Sequence record: OZ196212.1
Strand: one strand, 5' to 3'
DNA: 64,000 bases
Below the pieces are notes generated by a model. The model saw only the letters and a list, made by a program, of their open reading frames with translations. It was not told the DNA's origin and made no database searches. A program made the translations under genes and the position numbers. Below, piece by piece: positions 53,301-62,129 of the stretch (its first letter is position 1; each line of letters starts with the position of its first letter).

Positions 53301-53884
53301 CAGTTGACCATCACGAAACAATTGTCGATTCGTATCGTTCAGTTCGAATTGATAACGGCATCGGTCTTTCGTACACGGAATTGACTGGTTTACTAGACGA
53401 TGACTTGAACAGACAGTACAACGATTTCGGTGAGTTGTTGACTAAAGATCACCCGATTTACGGTCAAACTCCGATTGATAACGTGATACATGACAGAATC
53501 AACGGTACGCAAGGCGTTACAGTAACAGAGTACAACGATTACTGGGCGAATGCACGTGAAATTCTAGTTCGCGAGAATATGGTCGAAGATAATGAACGAT
53601 ATATAGAAACAGACACGGGCGACGTTGACGATGAATTTGGCGGTAAACAGCGAGTTATTAACCCTGATTACAACCCGATTGCACAAGTTCAAGTTGCAGA
53701 CGTGAATGGTTCTATTCAATGGGGAATGACCGCGTACGAGCGTGCTCCAGCATTTATGTTCGATACGTCGTGCGCTTCACTATCAATCAGTGACATGTAC
53801 GCGGATGATGAGAATCGTCTGAAAGACAATGTTGGTAACCCATACGATCCGACTGAGCCGACTCAGAAATTTATAGGTGAATAA
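50390..53884 (+). CDS. 7: Baseplate wedge initiator gp7
   Basis: FN3-like N-terminus; YYKFPYR; KGI..SY.FLFKLLYNE; FVHPIGFGFVG; RLKDNVGNP.DP. Confidence 0.88.
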   Translation: MSNLQAPPIMGVYIDKLTRNYVDLRWDGVGENFRYEIQVRSAGSAEHVLSETYQPLYPNPYTGETSLFAQINESVRYYQWRIRAVYTNFDPGEWTASDIGYTSDSNDYEIVTQSTFTAAQSFIEARLNNDNDKYLNERNELQATLVRPGYEFDTNMFNVDSAAYWFVTNPGFSANYGEVPNVCQNNMRVIPSVIDDVIYAFERWQEVCKISNNGGQTWQTYRATNSRLGNPVYDCICKQSETFSYLLGYDYLIQGVASSDVDYSHDNGTEYSHASVDLTFDKLDFDLGFGFDVERFKDLAVLPPQVRHKADAFGVDNVMTVITAGNTYVWHNNRIPTIWEDVVSDLYGERIFETVGTSNNEPVYFESYVVRDDVSRPDFDETTADVCVKKIEYFDDPEVGIDYQDGKMYALVTGEWVHDENGKRISVSDDNEIRGVYRMNRDEIMDGDIVVGYENIEWIRVYGNIEPERDLINERSVISRDTEHLILGHDLTRAYGEEGDPEYDNRQESSGAPGEYHSQSGDHYGTIDDAALVQDNAEVNEAVRMFSKPYYTTHAKPMSQIVATKDGDTWEYKPQDYYGNAHFNWMERAKTRDWKSWSNQIMYYKSDSLFRRDFDNLDSVKWSEVLENGSYKFEAPNLDVFGFNGYCDGAIIHTANDNKVIGYYKFPYRVSITAPIHWSPIRTVITGELTNYTPVTIEEPEADPTKLLDPTLTPLIYKMMPENYLDSDGFYKDFAKSYLDFISKGDGTAYNNVYNLLNSKYPRDEHYEEYLYKMVYERNRILEPEKRDAVVKFFLSRRADFYSTKGIIDSYEFLFKLLYNETVEVEIESLNAFEYAITVASNDVTDDIVGRRIFTEGGQADVTYIEREYIDGRRHWKLTLNNLIGEFKAGAEIGIAGYDFEATALTGVKGERIDYDSNEYLDRSKTYYVMKLRSEMQLSQYKDDIIRFVHPIGFGFVGITLLTVLVNHGISVDHHETIVDSYRSVRIDNGIGLSYTELTGLLDDDLNRQYNDFGELLTKDHPIYGQTPIDNVIHDRINGTQGVTVTEYNDYWANAREILVRENMVEDNERYIETDTGDVDDEFGGKQRVINPDYNPIAQVQVADVNGSIQWGMTAYERAPAFMFDTSCASLSISDMYADDENRLKDNVGNPYDPTEPTQKFIGE

Positions 53885-54908
53885 AGTGGCAAAAATTTAC
53901 AGATCAACAATCACAACTGAATATCGAGTGAACAACTTGATGAACTTCTACGATAGCGTCGGTGACGGCGCTGACGAGAATTCAATATATCTCATGTTCG
54001 GTCGAAATGAGTCATGGTCAGACCGCGAAGATGAAATAAACTTCGCGCCACCTTACCCGAACGATACAACAGACGGCAAAGCTGACGTTTGGGCTCGTTC
54101 GCTTGGTATGATCAAGATTCCAAAGTCGCAGCTACGACCAGTATTGCCGCGCAAAGATTGGGGCGACCCGAATCTAAACAATTCACTGAAATTCACTTTC
54201 GGTGACATTGTTACAGTAAACACAATCACGCTGAACGCGCACCCGAGTGCATTGAACGGCTACATGGTTTATCGATGCATTGATATCCCAGAAACAGACG
54301 CGAATAACTCAAACATTCGCGGTACATGTTCAGTGCCTACAATCACGAACAAAAGCGACTGTGTAGCAGTTGGCGGTACGTGGGATGCACCGAGTTCACC
54401 GGGTAACCAAGAGAACATTCCTCACGGTACAGGTAACGCGATTGACACAGGTGATGGCTATGTGTGGGAATACATGTACACGATTCCACCGTCAGAAGTT
54501 CTAACAAGTGTTTCGCGTGAATACATCGTATGTCCATTCCCTGACGAAGTGATCGATGATCGCGAAGCGTGGGGATTAGATCAGAACATCATCTTCAATG
54601 AAAACTACGATGAGACGATCTTCAGCATCGGTGCAGTCAACTTGCGGTTCCGAGCTAAATTAGCAGGCAGTGATTTCATTCACTTGTTCGGGCCCAACAA
54701 CAACGGTTATCGTCAGATTACACTTGTTCAGAACCCATTGCTAGTGCGTGAACCCGGTGCGACTGACGACATAAAAGCAACTGAATTGCTGTACAACCCT
54801 CACGAAATTCAAGAGGGTACAGGTCAGATTATCTACATGGAAAATCGACAGCCAATTCGCAAGACGTTAGACCAAGTAGAAGAGTTCAACCTGATCTACA
54901 CATTCTAA
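53877..54908 (+). CDS. 8: Baseplate wedge gp8
   Basis: IYRSTIT…FGR.E.W…APPYP…PRKDWGD…GDGYVWEYMYTIP…ENRQPI.K..DQ.EE. Confidence 0.93.
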   Translation: MNKVAKIYRSTITTEYRVNNLMNFYDSVGDGADENSIYLMFGRNESWSDREDEINFAPPYPNDTTDGKADVWARSLGMIKIPKSQLRPVLPRKDWGDPNLNNSLKFTFGDIVTVNTITLNAHPSALNGYMVYRCIDIPETDANNSNIRGTCSVPTITNKSDCVAVGGTWDAPSSPGNQENIPHGTGNAIDTGDGYVWEYMYTIPPSEVLTSVSREYIVCPFPDEVIDDREAWGLDQNIIFNENYDETIFSIGAVNLRFRAKLAGSDFIHLFGPNNNGYRQITLVQNPLLVREPGATDDIKATELLYNPHEIQEGTGQIIYMENRQPIRKTLDQVEEFNLIYTF

Positions 54909-54962
54909 TAAATATATAAAACATACATCGGGCTTGATGTCAAGCCCTTTATGGAGATTAAA

Positions 54963-55919
54963 ATGGGAAGAAGTAGACTAGAAACTGGTACTGCGGGTTC
55001 AGTTGGTACAGGTGATACGATTCACAACGGTGGTAATAAGCTGCGCGATAACTCAGACGAGTTTTATCACATTAACGCTGACTTCGAATTGACTGAATCA
55101 GGCGAACCGTATATTCCAGCCGTGAATGATTCAGCACCGCGTCCACATGCCGGTGGCTACTGGCAGAGAATTCCACCAAGCTCAACAGCGGGTGGCTCAG
55201 GTGGTCCGAACGCTGCAAACTTGCTTACATCTATTGTAACAGGCGGCAAGTACGATGTCGATACATCATCACTAGGGGGCGGCGCTGTAATGACGCTAAA
55301 TCTACCTAAAATCGGCACGAGTGCAGGTCAAGCAAAACGCGGTGAGAAGATTTCATTTCAAAACACAACCGCTACACTAGACACAAATCCACTCGTACTG
55401 CGTTCTAGTGCAGGCGATGCTATTGTAGGCGCAAGCGAGACGAATGGCGATCATACGATTCGCACGAATTACGCTCAGATAACATGCACCGTGATTGATG
55501 ACGGTACAGGCATTGCAGGGACACCACAATGGGGTTTCAAAATTGACCCGATTATCGGTGATTTCGGTGCACCAGTTAATGACACAATTTACACGATTCC
55601 GAACACAGTGACTCGTTCACTTGCTCTATTCGATGTACTGTCATACGCAGCCGTGAAACTCATGATTTACGCTGAAAATAGCGACCCTGCTCAGGGCGGC
55701 ATCGTTACACGCAGAACAACGTCAGAAATGTTGCTGCTAAATAACATTACAAATGCGTATATTGATGAATACTCAGTAATCAATACGGACAGTGATTTCG
55801 GTAACTTATTGTTAATCGTTCCTCGCGTTGAAGATGGTGTCGTTTATGTTGACATCACATCGAACGACGACAATGTATCAATGGCTATCAAATCAATCGA
55901 AACTATCAGACTATCGTAA
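54963..55919 (+). CDS. 9: Baseplate long-tail-fibre connector gp9
   Basis: GSVGTGDTIHNGGNKL..N..E.Y; HAGGYWQ; position between gp8 and gp10. Confidence 0.85.
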   Translation: MGRSRLETGTAGSVGTGDTIHNGGNKLRDNSDEFYHINADFELTESGEPYIPAVNDSAPRPHAGGYWQRIPPSSTAGGSGGPNAANLLTSIVTGGKYDVDTSSLGGGAVMTLNLPKIGTSAGQAKRGEKISFQNTTATLDTNPLVLRSSAGDAIVGASETNGDHTIRTNYAQITCTVIDDGTGIAGTPQWGFKIDPIIGDFGAPVNDTIYTIPNTVTRSLALFDVLSYAAVKLMIYAENSDPAQGGIVTRRTTSEMLLLNNITNAYIDEYSVINTDSDFGNLLLIVPRVEDGVVYVDITSNDDNVSMAIKSIETIRLS

Positions 55920-55928
55920 GGGACAAAA

Positions 55929-58175
55929 ATGAAACAGACGATCAACGTCGGACAAGTTGTCGATGACGGTACAGGTGACTATCTAAGACAGGGTGGCATC
56001 AAAACTCGTGACAACTTCAACGAAATTTATAGTCATCTAGGCGACGGTAGTACACTTTATGCTGCCGGTGCGTGGCGCAAATGGAGATTTGCTGCTACTT
56101 ACTTGAACGGTGACACTACATACAACGCAGCAAATGCCGAGAACTATTACGACGAGAACGGCGATGGTCAAGGTCCCGAGCTGCACGCTGCATTCGGTGA
56201 ATCGTGGACAGTTGATACTACTCTAGGCGCAGTTGATGTGTATCTACCGAGTGGTGTCGAAGAAGCAGACTACGGTAAAGCGATTCGTGTACGCGACGTT
56301 AAGGGTACTTGGGACAAGCAGCCCCTAACTGTATACCCAGACTCAAAAGACTCGATTAAGCGCGTTGCAAGTAGCACAAACCGCGAACTCGGCACAGGCG
56401 CTGAGTTCACAAACGCATATCAAGATTTAGAACTTGTATTCACGCCACCACGTCACTGGGAATATGTTGCTCAGAAATACGTAAACGGCATGACATTTGG
56501 TGATGTTCCGAGCGTATTGCGTCGTGCATTGCTATCGCGTCAGGGTCAGCGTGATTTCAATATGTCACTTGAACTAGCGGGCGGTGATTACAATGCAACT
56601 GCGGTTGAGATCTATCGTCGCGGTAACTTGATGTACTACGGGAACGAACTGAATGACTTTTCAGATTACGGCTCAATCCCGCTACACACAGTCGAAAGCT
56701 GGGAAGCTTCGCGTGCTGACCCATACTACGTAGGCGATTTAGTTCGCGGTGACGTTGCAGGTTCGCGTGATGACCGTATTTGGCAGTGTATAGAAGAACA
56801 TAACTCAATCGGCACATGGGATTCTGACAAATGGGAAGAATTCAGCGATTACCCTGATTACGAAGAGCACGCAGGTAGCACCGTTTATAGCGCGTCAACA
56901 GTCGTAACGCAAGAACATGACGGGTTCGTGCAGACGTTCGAGTGTCTAATCACGCATACTTCTGCGGTTGGTTACACTGATCTCACGACAGATAACAACT
57001 GGAAGCAGCTTACAAACGATGATCTTGCACCGCTTGACGGTAAGACAATTCGTTTGCGTCTAGCAGCCAATGCAGGTGACCCAATCGCGATGGTAACATA
57101 CTTGAGCGATGTGTCAAGCTTCCGTAGCAGCTACATGCTGAAATCGATCAAGCTAATTGACACGAATAACTTCGGTGTTGAGGAATCGACTGGGTCCGTT
57201 GTTCGTAAAGACTTCGTACCTGGGATGACAGTCAAGTTAATTGACTTTGGTCTACCTAGTTACACTCAGTTTAACACTGAGACGCTTGAACTTCTAGTGA
57301 ATGGTACACAATTGACTCGCTCGAATACGGCTGGTCAAGGTGACTCTGATAATGGCGGCGATTACGACTACGACTATAAGCAAGACGCGGAAGGTCTATG
57401 GAACACGCTTGTATTCAGCGAAGCTCTAGCTGATAGCGATATTGTAACAGTTCGTTGGTACGATAATGTAATCGGCACACTATTATCTTGGGATGAAGGC
57501 GAAGACAACTTACAAGTTCGCACGCGTGAGTTATTCGTTTCTCGTGATGATTGGGCAGATGTTCGCCGTGTTAACAAACTTGCGTATTCAGACACTGATA
57601 ATCCGAGCGCGGCAGTTGCTGAAGTTCTACCTGACTCAGAAACATTCGCACCGGGTGGTACACTGACATCATTGATGGAAAGTATCTTCCCTATTGGCTC
57701 GATTTACACGAACGCAAATAACCCGAGCAACCCCGCTGATTACATGGGCTTCGGTAAATGGGTTCGTTATGCTGAAGGGCGTACAATCGTTGGTTGGAAT
57801 AGCGAAGATGACGGAAGTTTTCACCGCAACAACAACAACGAAAATATCGTTCAAGCGGGTGGTACTGGCGGTGCAATCGGTGTGACTCTTACACAAGAGA
57901 ACATTCCAGAGCTGATAAGTACAACAAACGATGATCACGCGAACGACTCTAGTCGCGATATTGGTAACATCACAGAGCAATACAGCTTAGTAGCTCGTGC
58001 TGCAACGTCTGGCGGTGATATCAACTTGAATGGTTGTTTAGGTGACCCTGAAAACACGACGCCTTTAGCGTACTACGCTGAAGAGCCAATCAAAGTGAAT
58101 CATGGTCAAATCGCACAAGCGGTTGATGTAACTCAACCTTACATTACTGCATACACTTGGATAAGGACTGCATAA
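55929..58175 (+). CDS. 10: Baseplate wedge / tail pin gp10
   Basis: MKQTINVGQVVDDGTGDYLRQGG.K…NF.E.Y; IFPIGSIY; QPYIT.YTWIR. Confidence 0.93.
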   Translation: MKQTINVGQVVDDGTGDYLRQGGIKTRDNFNEIYSHLGDGSTLYAAGAWRKWRFAATYLNGDTTYNAANAENYYDENGDGQGPELHAAFGESWTVDTTLGAVDVYLPSGVEEADYGKAIRVRDVKGTWDKQPLTVYPDSKDSIKRVASSTNRELGTGAEFTNAYQDLELVFTPPRHWEYVAQKYVNGMTFGDVPSVLRRALLSRQGQRDFNMSLELAGGDYNATAVEIYRRGNLMYYGNELNDFSDYGSIPLHTVESWEASRADPYYVGDLVRGDVAGSRDDRIWQCIEEHNSIGTWDSDKWEEFSDYPDYEEHAGSTVYSASTVVTQEHDGFVQTFECLITHTSAVGYTDLTTDNNWKQLTNDDLAPLDGKTIRLRLAANAGDPIAMVTYLSDVSSFRSSYMLKSIKLIDTNNFGVEESTGSVVRKDFVPGMTVKLIDFGLPSYTQFNTETLELLVNGTQLTRSNTAGQGDSDNGGDYDYDYKQDAEGLWNTLVFSEALADSDIVTVRWYDNVIGTLLSWDEGEDNLQVRTRELFVSRDDWADVRRVNKLAYSDTDNPSAAVAEVLPDSETFAPGGTLTSLMESIFPIGSIYTNANNPSNPADYMGFGKWVRYAEGRTIVGWNSEDDGSFHRNNNNENIVQAGGTGGAIGVTLTQENIPELISTTNDDHANDSSRDIGNITEQYSLVARAATSGGDINLNGCLGDPENTTPLAYYAEEPIKVNHGQIAQAVDVTQPYITAYTWIRTA

Positions 58176-58861
58176 TGACAAGTAAAGCAAGACATTCATC
58201 AAGAGTATGGACGAACGATTCTAGCAAGAAGATCTTCGACCAAGACTCGATTAGCGACGCTGGGCTATATCCCGGCGACCGCTTCAACTTTCGAGGCGCT
58301 ATTTTAGGCGACTCGACAGTTGACGAAATTCAAAACGGTGCATGGGATCCCAATGTACAATCGGCATTAATGCAGTTAGCAATGGCTGCGATTTTACCAG
58401 TTGGGTCAGTTCTAATGTCTACTGACGCATCGAACCCGTTTAACACAAACCAGTTCAATGAAACGATTTCGTATACGGGCACATCGCTAGTTGATAACAT
58501 CAACTTGTATGGCGTGTCAGTGTCGCTTTCAGTCGGAGACTCAGACAACGACATCGCAGAGAAAGTATTCACTGCAATGCACGCGTCTCAGTTGTTTGAC
58601 ACAGTACCGACAGATCACGTACCACCGTCGAACACATTCTTACTGAAGCACCGAAGCTCAAGACCGCATAATACTGCGTACACTTCAACGTACGCTGATA
58701 TTCTAGACTCGAACGGTGATACTACGGGTATACAAGCTAAAAGCGTCGTAACGGGCGAATCAGACGGCGAGACGAGCTTAGGTTATGGGGAATGGGAGCT
58801 GTATCACACAGATACGACAACATACCCGTCAACAATGTACTTTTATAGAAGGATTGGTTAA
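58175..58861 (+). CDS. 11: Baseplate wedge / tail pin gp11
   Basis: R.SSR…GA…V..IQ…PNVQSAL…LPVG…YFYRRIG; TAATG coupling. Confidence 0.8.
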   Translation: MTSKARHSSRVWTNDSSKKIFDQDSISDAGLYPGDRFNFRGAILGDSTVDEIQNGAWDPNVQSALMQLAMAAILPVGSVLMSTDASNPFNTNQFNETISYTGTSLVDNINLYGVSVSLSVGDSDNDIAEKVFTAMHASQLFDTVPTDHVPPSNTFLLKHRSSRPHNTAYTSTYADILDSNGDTTGIQAKSVVTGESDGETSLGYGEWELYHTDTTTYPSTMYFYRRIG

Positions 58862-60402
58862 TGTCAGGTACAAACATATTCACGCACGTAAGCGACGAAG
58901 CGCAATATGTTTACCTACAACCGTTCACATCACCGGGCAAGGCGTTCGAGACTGGTGGTGATGTTCAGAGTCTTTTAGAACAGATTCACGTGAACGCTCT
59001 TGAGCCGTTGCCAACTTTACCGTTCGCGACGACCGATGAGCAAGGTTCGGTCGAATACTCAACTCAAGCAGAAGCAAATGCTTTAGATGACGTTTTGACC
59101 GTATTGACACCACAATCACTTGATGGTGTCAATACACACGTTTCTCCGTCTACGACGACTCAGTTAGGTAACTTACGCGAAGTTCGTACGAGTGATTTGA
59201 CACGCGTTACTGCGTCGTCAGATGATACACGATTGATGTCATATCGTCGATTGGATGAAATGACGAGTGTACGAAATGCGTTAGCAGACGATGGTAGCGT
59301 CGAGTCTCAAGGCTTCGCTAGACATTCGACTTTATCAGAAGCACTCGCATACAACCCGACAAATTTCATTTCACCGCAAAAGACGTGGAATTTGATCAAA
59401 ACCGAAATACCAAACCCGTGGACTCAAGCAACTGAAACGGAATCTGGCGTATTACGAACGGTAGGTCAGCGAGACGCACTTAAATCAGATCGCACAATTG
59501 CAATCACAGTTGGTGGATTGAATCACGTTAACGCTACGACATCGAAACGCGGTGCGTTCAAGATAACTGACAATAATCTAAGTCGTGATGACGAATTCGC
59601 AAACGAGTATGCGATTACACCCGCGACAATTGCAAACTTAATCGGCACAGAAACGCAGTCAGGATTCTTTTCACTACCGACTTCGTTCGCCGATGAATCT
59701 AGCGAAGTAACTAGTGCAGCACGCGGTTTCGAGTTAGGTCAAAAGCTTGGCCCAGATGGCGGTGTGATTACAGGAACATTAAACTGTGACAACATCGTAT
59801 CGAAGATCACGCAATCAGTCAAGAAAACCACGTCTGGTGGCGGTACGTATTACGTAGATGAAACACGCAAGCGCGAATTGTTCCCATCAGATCACATCGA
59901 CCGTGAAATTGGATTAGAAGGGCGACCAGTTGGTAGTATATTTCACTGTACTCGCAACGTAGACCCAAACACTCAGTTCGGTGGGGTATGGTATCGCGTA
60001 CAAGGCGGGCGTACTATGATCGGTGCAGGTACTGGTAATGATTACGTGAGAAAGCGTAGCTTCAGTGCAGGGTCGCAAGGTGGGAATCGTCGTGAGCGTT
60101 TAGCAGAGAAGCACTTGCCAGTTCACAAACACGCGAGTTGGGGTGAAACGTACTCAACAAAGAACAGCACATGCATAAAGTACGAAGAAGTTCGTAACCC
60201 ATATGGTGTTACATATTACTGTAAAGAATATTCAACCGTCAATTACTGGAAGTTCGGTAAAACCGGCTCTAGAAATAACCCGGGAATGGGTAGCACTGAC
60301 AGCGACAACTACATGTACTACAATTCACCAGTGGGCGGCAACGGATATCACGAAAACATGATGCCGTATTACACAGTTTACATTTGGAGACGAGTTAAAT
60401 GA
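58861..60402 (+). CDS. Short tail fibre gp12-like, paralog 1
   Basis: H.SD.AQYV; ATETESG-type repeats; PVGSIF; HKH; HENMMPYYTVYIWRR. Confidence 0.75.
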   Translation: MSGTNIFTHVSDEAQYVYLQPFTSPGKAFETGGDVQSLLEQIHVNALEPLPTLPFATTDEQGSVEYSTQAEANALDDVLTVLTPQSLDGVNTHVSPSTTTQLGNLREVRTSDLTRVTASSDDTRLMSYRRLDEMTSVRNALADDGSVESQGFARHSTLSEALAYNPTNFISPQKTWNLIKTEIPNPWTQATETESGVLRTVGQRDALKSDRTIAITVGGLNHVNATTSKRGAFKITDNNLSRDDEFANEYAITPATIANLIGTETQSGFFSLPTSFADESSEVTSAARGFELGQKLGPDGGVITGTLNCDNIVSKITQSVKKTTSGGGTYYVDETRKRELFPSDHIDREIGLEGRPVGSIFHCTRNVDPNTQFGGVWYRVQGGRTMIGAGTGNDYVRKRSFSAGSQGGNRRERLAEKHLPVHKHASWGETYSTKNSTCIKYEEVRNPYGVTYYCKEYSTVNYWKFGKTGSRNNPGMGSTDSDNYMYYNSPVGGNGYHENMMPYYTVYIWRRVK

Positions 60403-61823
60403 CACAAAAAGGCACTCAGATTTTCGACCACGTTTTAGACAATGCGGGTACCGTGACGGTCAACGTTGAAAGTACAGCATTCGATGGATTGACGGGTGGA
60501 AATGATGATTTACAAACTTGTCTTGAGTTGATCCAAGAACATGCAGTGATGGAGATACCGGACTTCCCAGTCGCGAGTACATCACAGCAAGGGATTACTC
60601 AACTGAGTGATGAAAGTGCAGTTGCTGACGAGACGAATGATTCGTCGGCAGTAACACCATCCGCACTTAATTACTGGTTTGAAAATCACGCAACGGCAAC
60701 CGAAGTTCAGTATGGATTCGTGAAGCTGATTAGCAACAATACGATTGACACGGTCGAACCATCAGCGTCTGTAGAAGAAGCTCAGAAACACGCGTTTACG
60801 CTTCGCACGTTGAACTATGCACTTGACAATCGCTTTTACGCGACTGAAACAGATGCAGGTGCAGTTCGTCTAGCTACAGAAGCGCAAGCAACTACAACTG
60901 GTACGCTTTCAACTACAGTGGCAATGACACCGCAACGCGTTAAGCAAATGCTGGACGTTTGGGCTAATACTACAGCATCAGATGCGAGTGAGTCAACAAA
61001 AGGTTTGATTCGTCTGGCGAATGGAACTGAAGTGAATAGCACATCAGCTTCAGAGAATGACTTAGCGATTTCACCGTATCGTTTCAACGATAGAACAGCA
61101 AGCACTTCGAGAAAGGCGGGTTTCTTTTTAGCAACTCAAGCAATCGCAGATGCGCGTACGTCAAACGAACACGCTGTTACAGTCGGGACACTTTCGTTAT
61201 TTGATGCTACATCAACTCGCGTCGGTGTTGCTAAAGTTGCAAACAACTTGACGACAAATGATGCTACTCAAGCACTAAGCGCAGCGATGGGCTTTAAGCT
61301 GAACAACGAGAAGATCGGTGCACCGGGTGGTACAGTCAACGGGACACTGAACATTAACAACGTTCAGTCTGTGGCGGGCGTTCAGTTGATGCAAAATGGC
61401 TTGATTACATCGCGTGCGATGTTAAACATGTATCCAGTAGGGGCGATTTACATGAGCGTATCTAGCACTTCTCCCGCTACGCTATTTGGCGGCGGCTGGT
61501 CGAGAATTGCTAACGGTCGAGTTCTCGTTTCAGAGGGTTCATATGACGGTAAAACGTTCAGTGTCCGATCACAAGGCGGTGAGTATGCAGTTACGCTAAC
61601 TGAAAGCACTATGCCAACGCATAAGCACGCAGGTTGGGGCGAACACTATGATGGCAATGGTATCGGATTCGGTGTAGCTAAACAATATGGGCGTAATAAC
61701 CCAGGGTCGAAAAAGACCGACAGTGATAACTACTTGTATTACTCAGAGCCAAAAGGTGGTAGTGAAGCTCACCCGAACATTCAGCCGTATTACACGGTTT
61801 ATATGTGGGAACGAACTTCTTAA
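60399..61823 (+). CDS. 12: Short tail fibre gp12, paralog 2
   Basis: ASTSQQGITQL and ATE.QYGFVKL repeats; YPVGAIY; HKH; HPNIQPYYTVYMWER. Confidence 0.8.
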   Translation: MTQKGTQIFDHVLDNAGTVTVNVESTAFDGLTGGNDDLQTCLELIQEHAVMEIPDFPVASTSQQGITQLSDESAVADETNDSSAVTPSALNYWFENHATATEVQYGFVKLISNNTIDTVEPSASVEEAQKHAFTLRTLNYALDNRFYATETDAGAVRLATEAQATTTGTLSTTVAMTPQRVKQMLDVWANTTASDASESTKGLIRLANGTEVNSTSASENDLAISPYRFNDRTASTSRKAGFFLATQAIADARTSNEHAVTVGTLSLFDATSTRVGVAKVANNLTTNDATQALSAAMGFKLNNEKIGAPGGTVNGTLNINNVQSVAGVQLMQNGLITSRAMLNMYPVGAIYMSVSSTSPATLFGGGWSRIANGRVLVSEGSYDGKTFSVRSQGGEYAVTLTESTMPTHKHAGWGEHYDGNGIGFGVAKQYGRNNPGSKKTDSDNYLYYSEPKGGSEAHPNIQPYYTVYMWERTS

Positions 61824-61922
61824 AGACAAGCATAGTATACATTGAAAGTCAATGAAATTAAACGGGTGAGACAAGTTCTTGCCCGTTTTTGTATCTGAAG
61901 AATCCAGAGCGAAGCGAAAGAA

Positions 61923-61991
61923 TGGACGAGGCGGAAAAATTCCGCATCATCTTAGTAGTATTAGGGGTTTTAGTGAAGTTAGGGATATTAG
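61923..61991. repeat. 69-bp intergenic element, copy 2 (inverted relative to 35978-36046)
   Basis: See copy 1; followed by TATAAATA late promoters at ~62001 and ~62083. Confidence 0.9.
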
Positions 61992-62129
61992 TATTATTAG
62001 TATAAATACCTTGTTTAACTCAGTTCGCTTGACTGCTAAAATAGACGCATAAAGACAATCCCTTCTTGATCCTTTGTATTGCTATAAATAGTAGTAAGCT
62101 ATGTTCATTTACAATACAAGGGAACAAAC

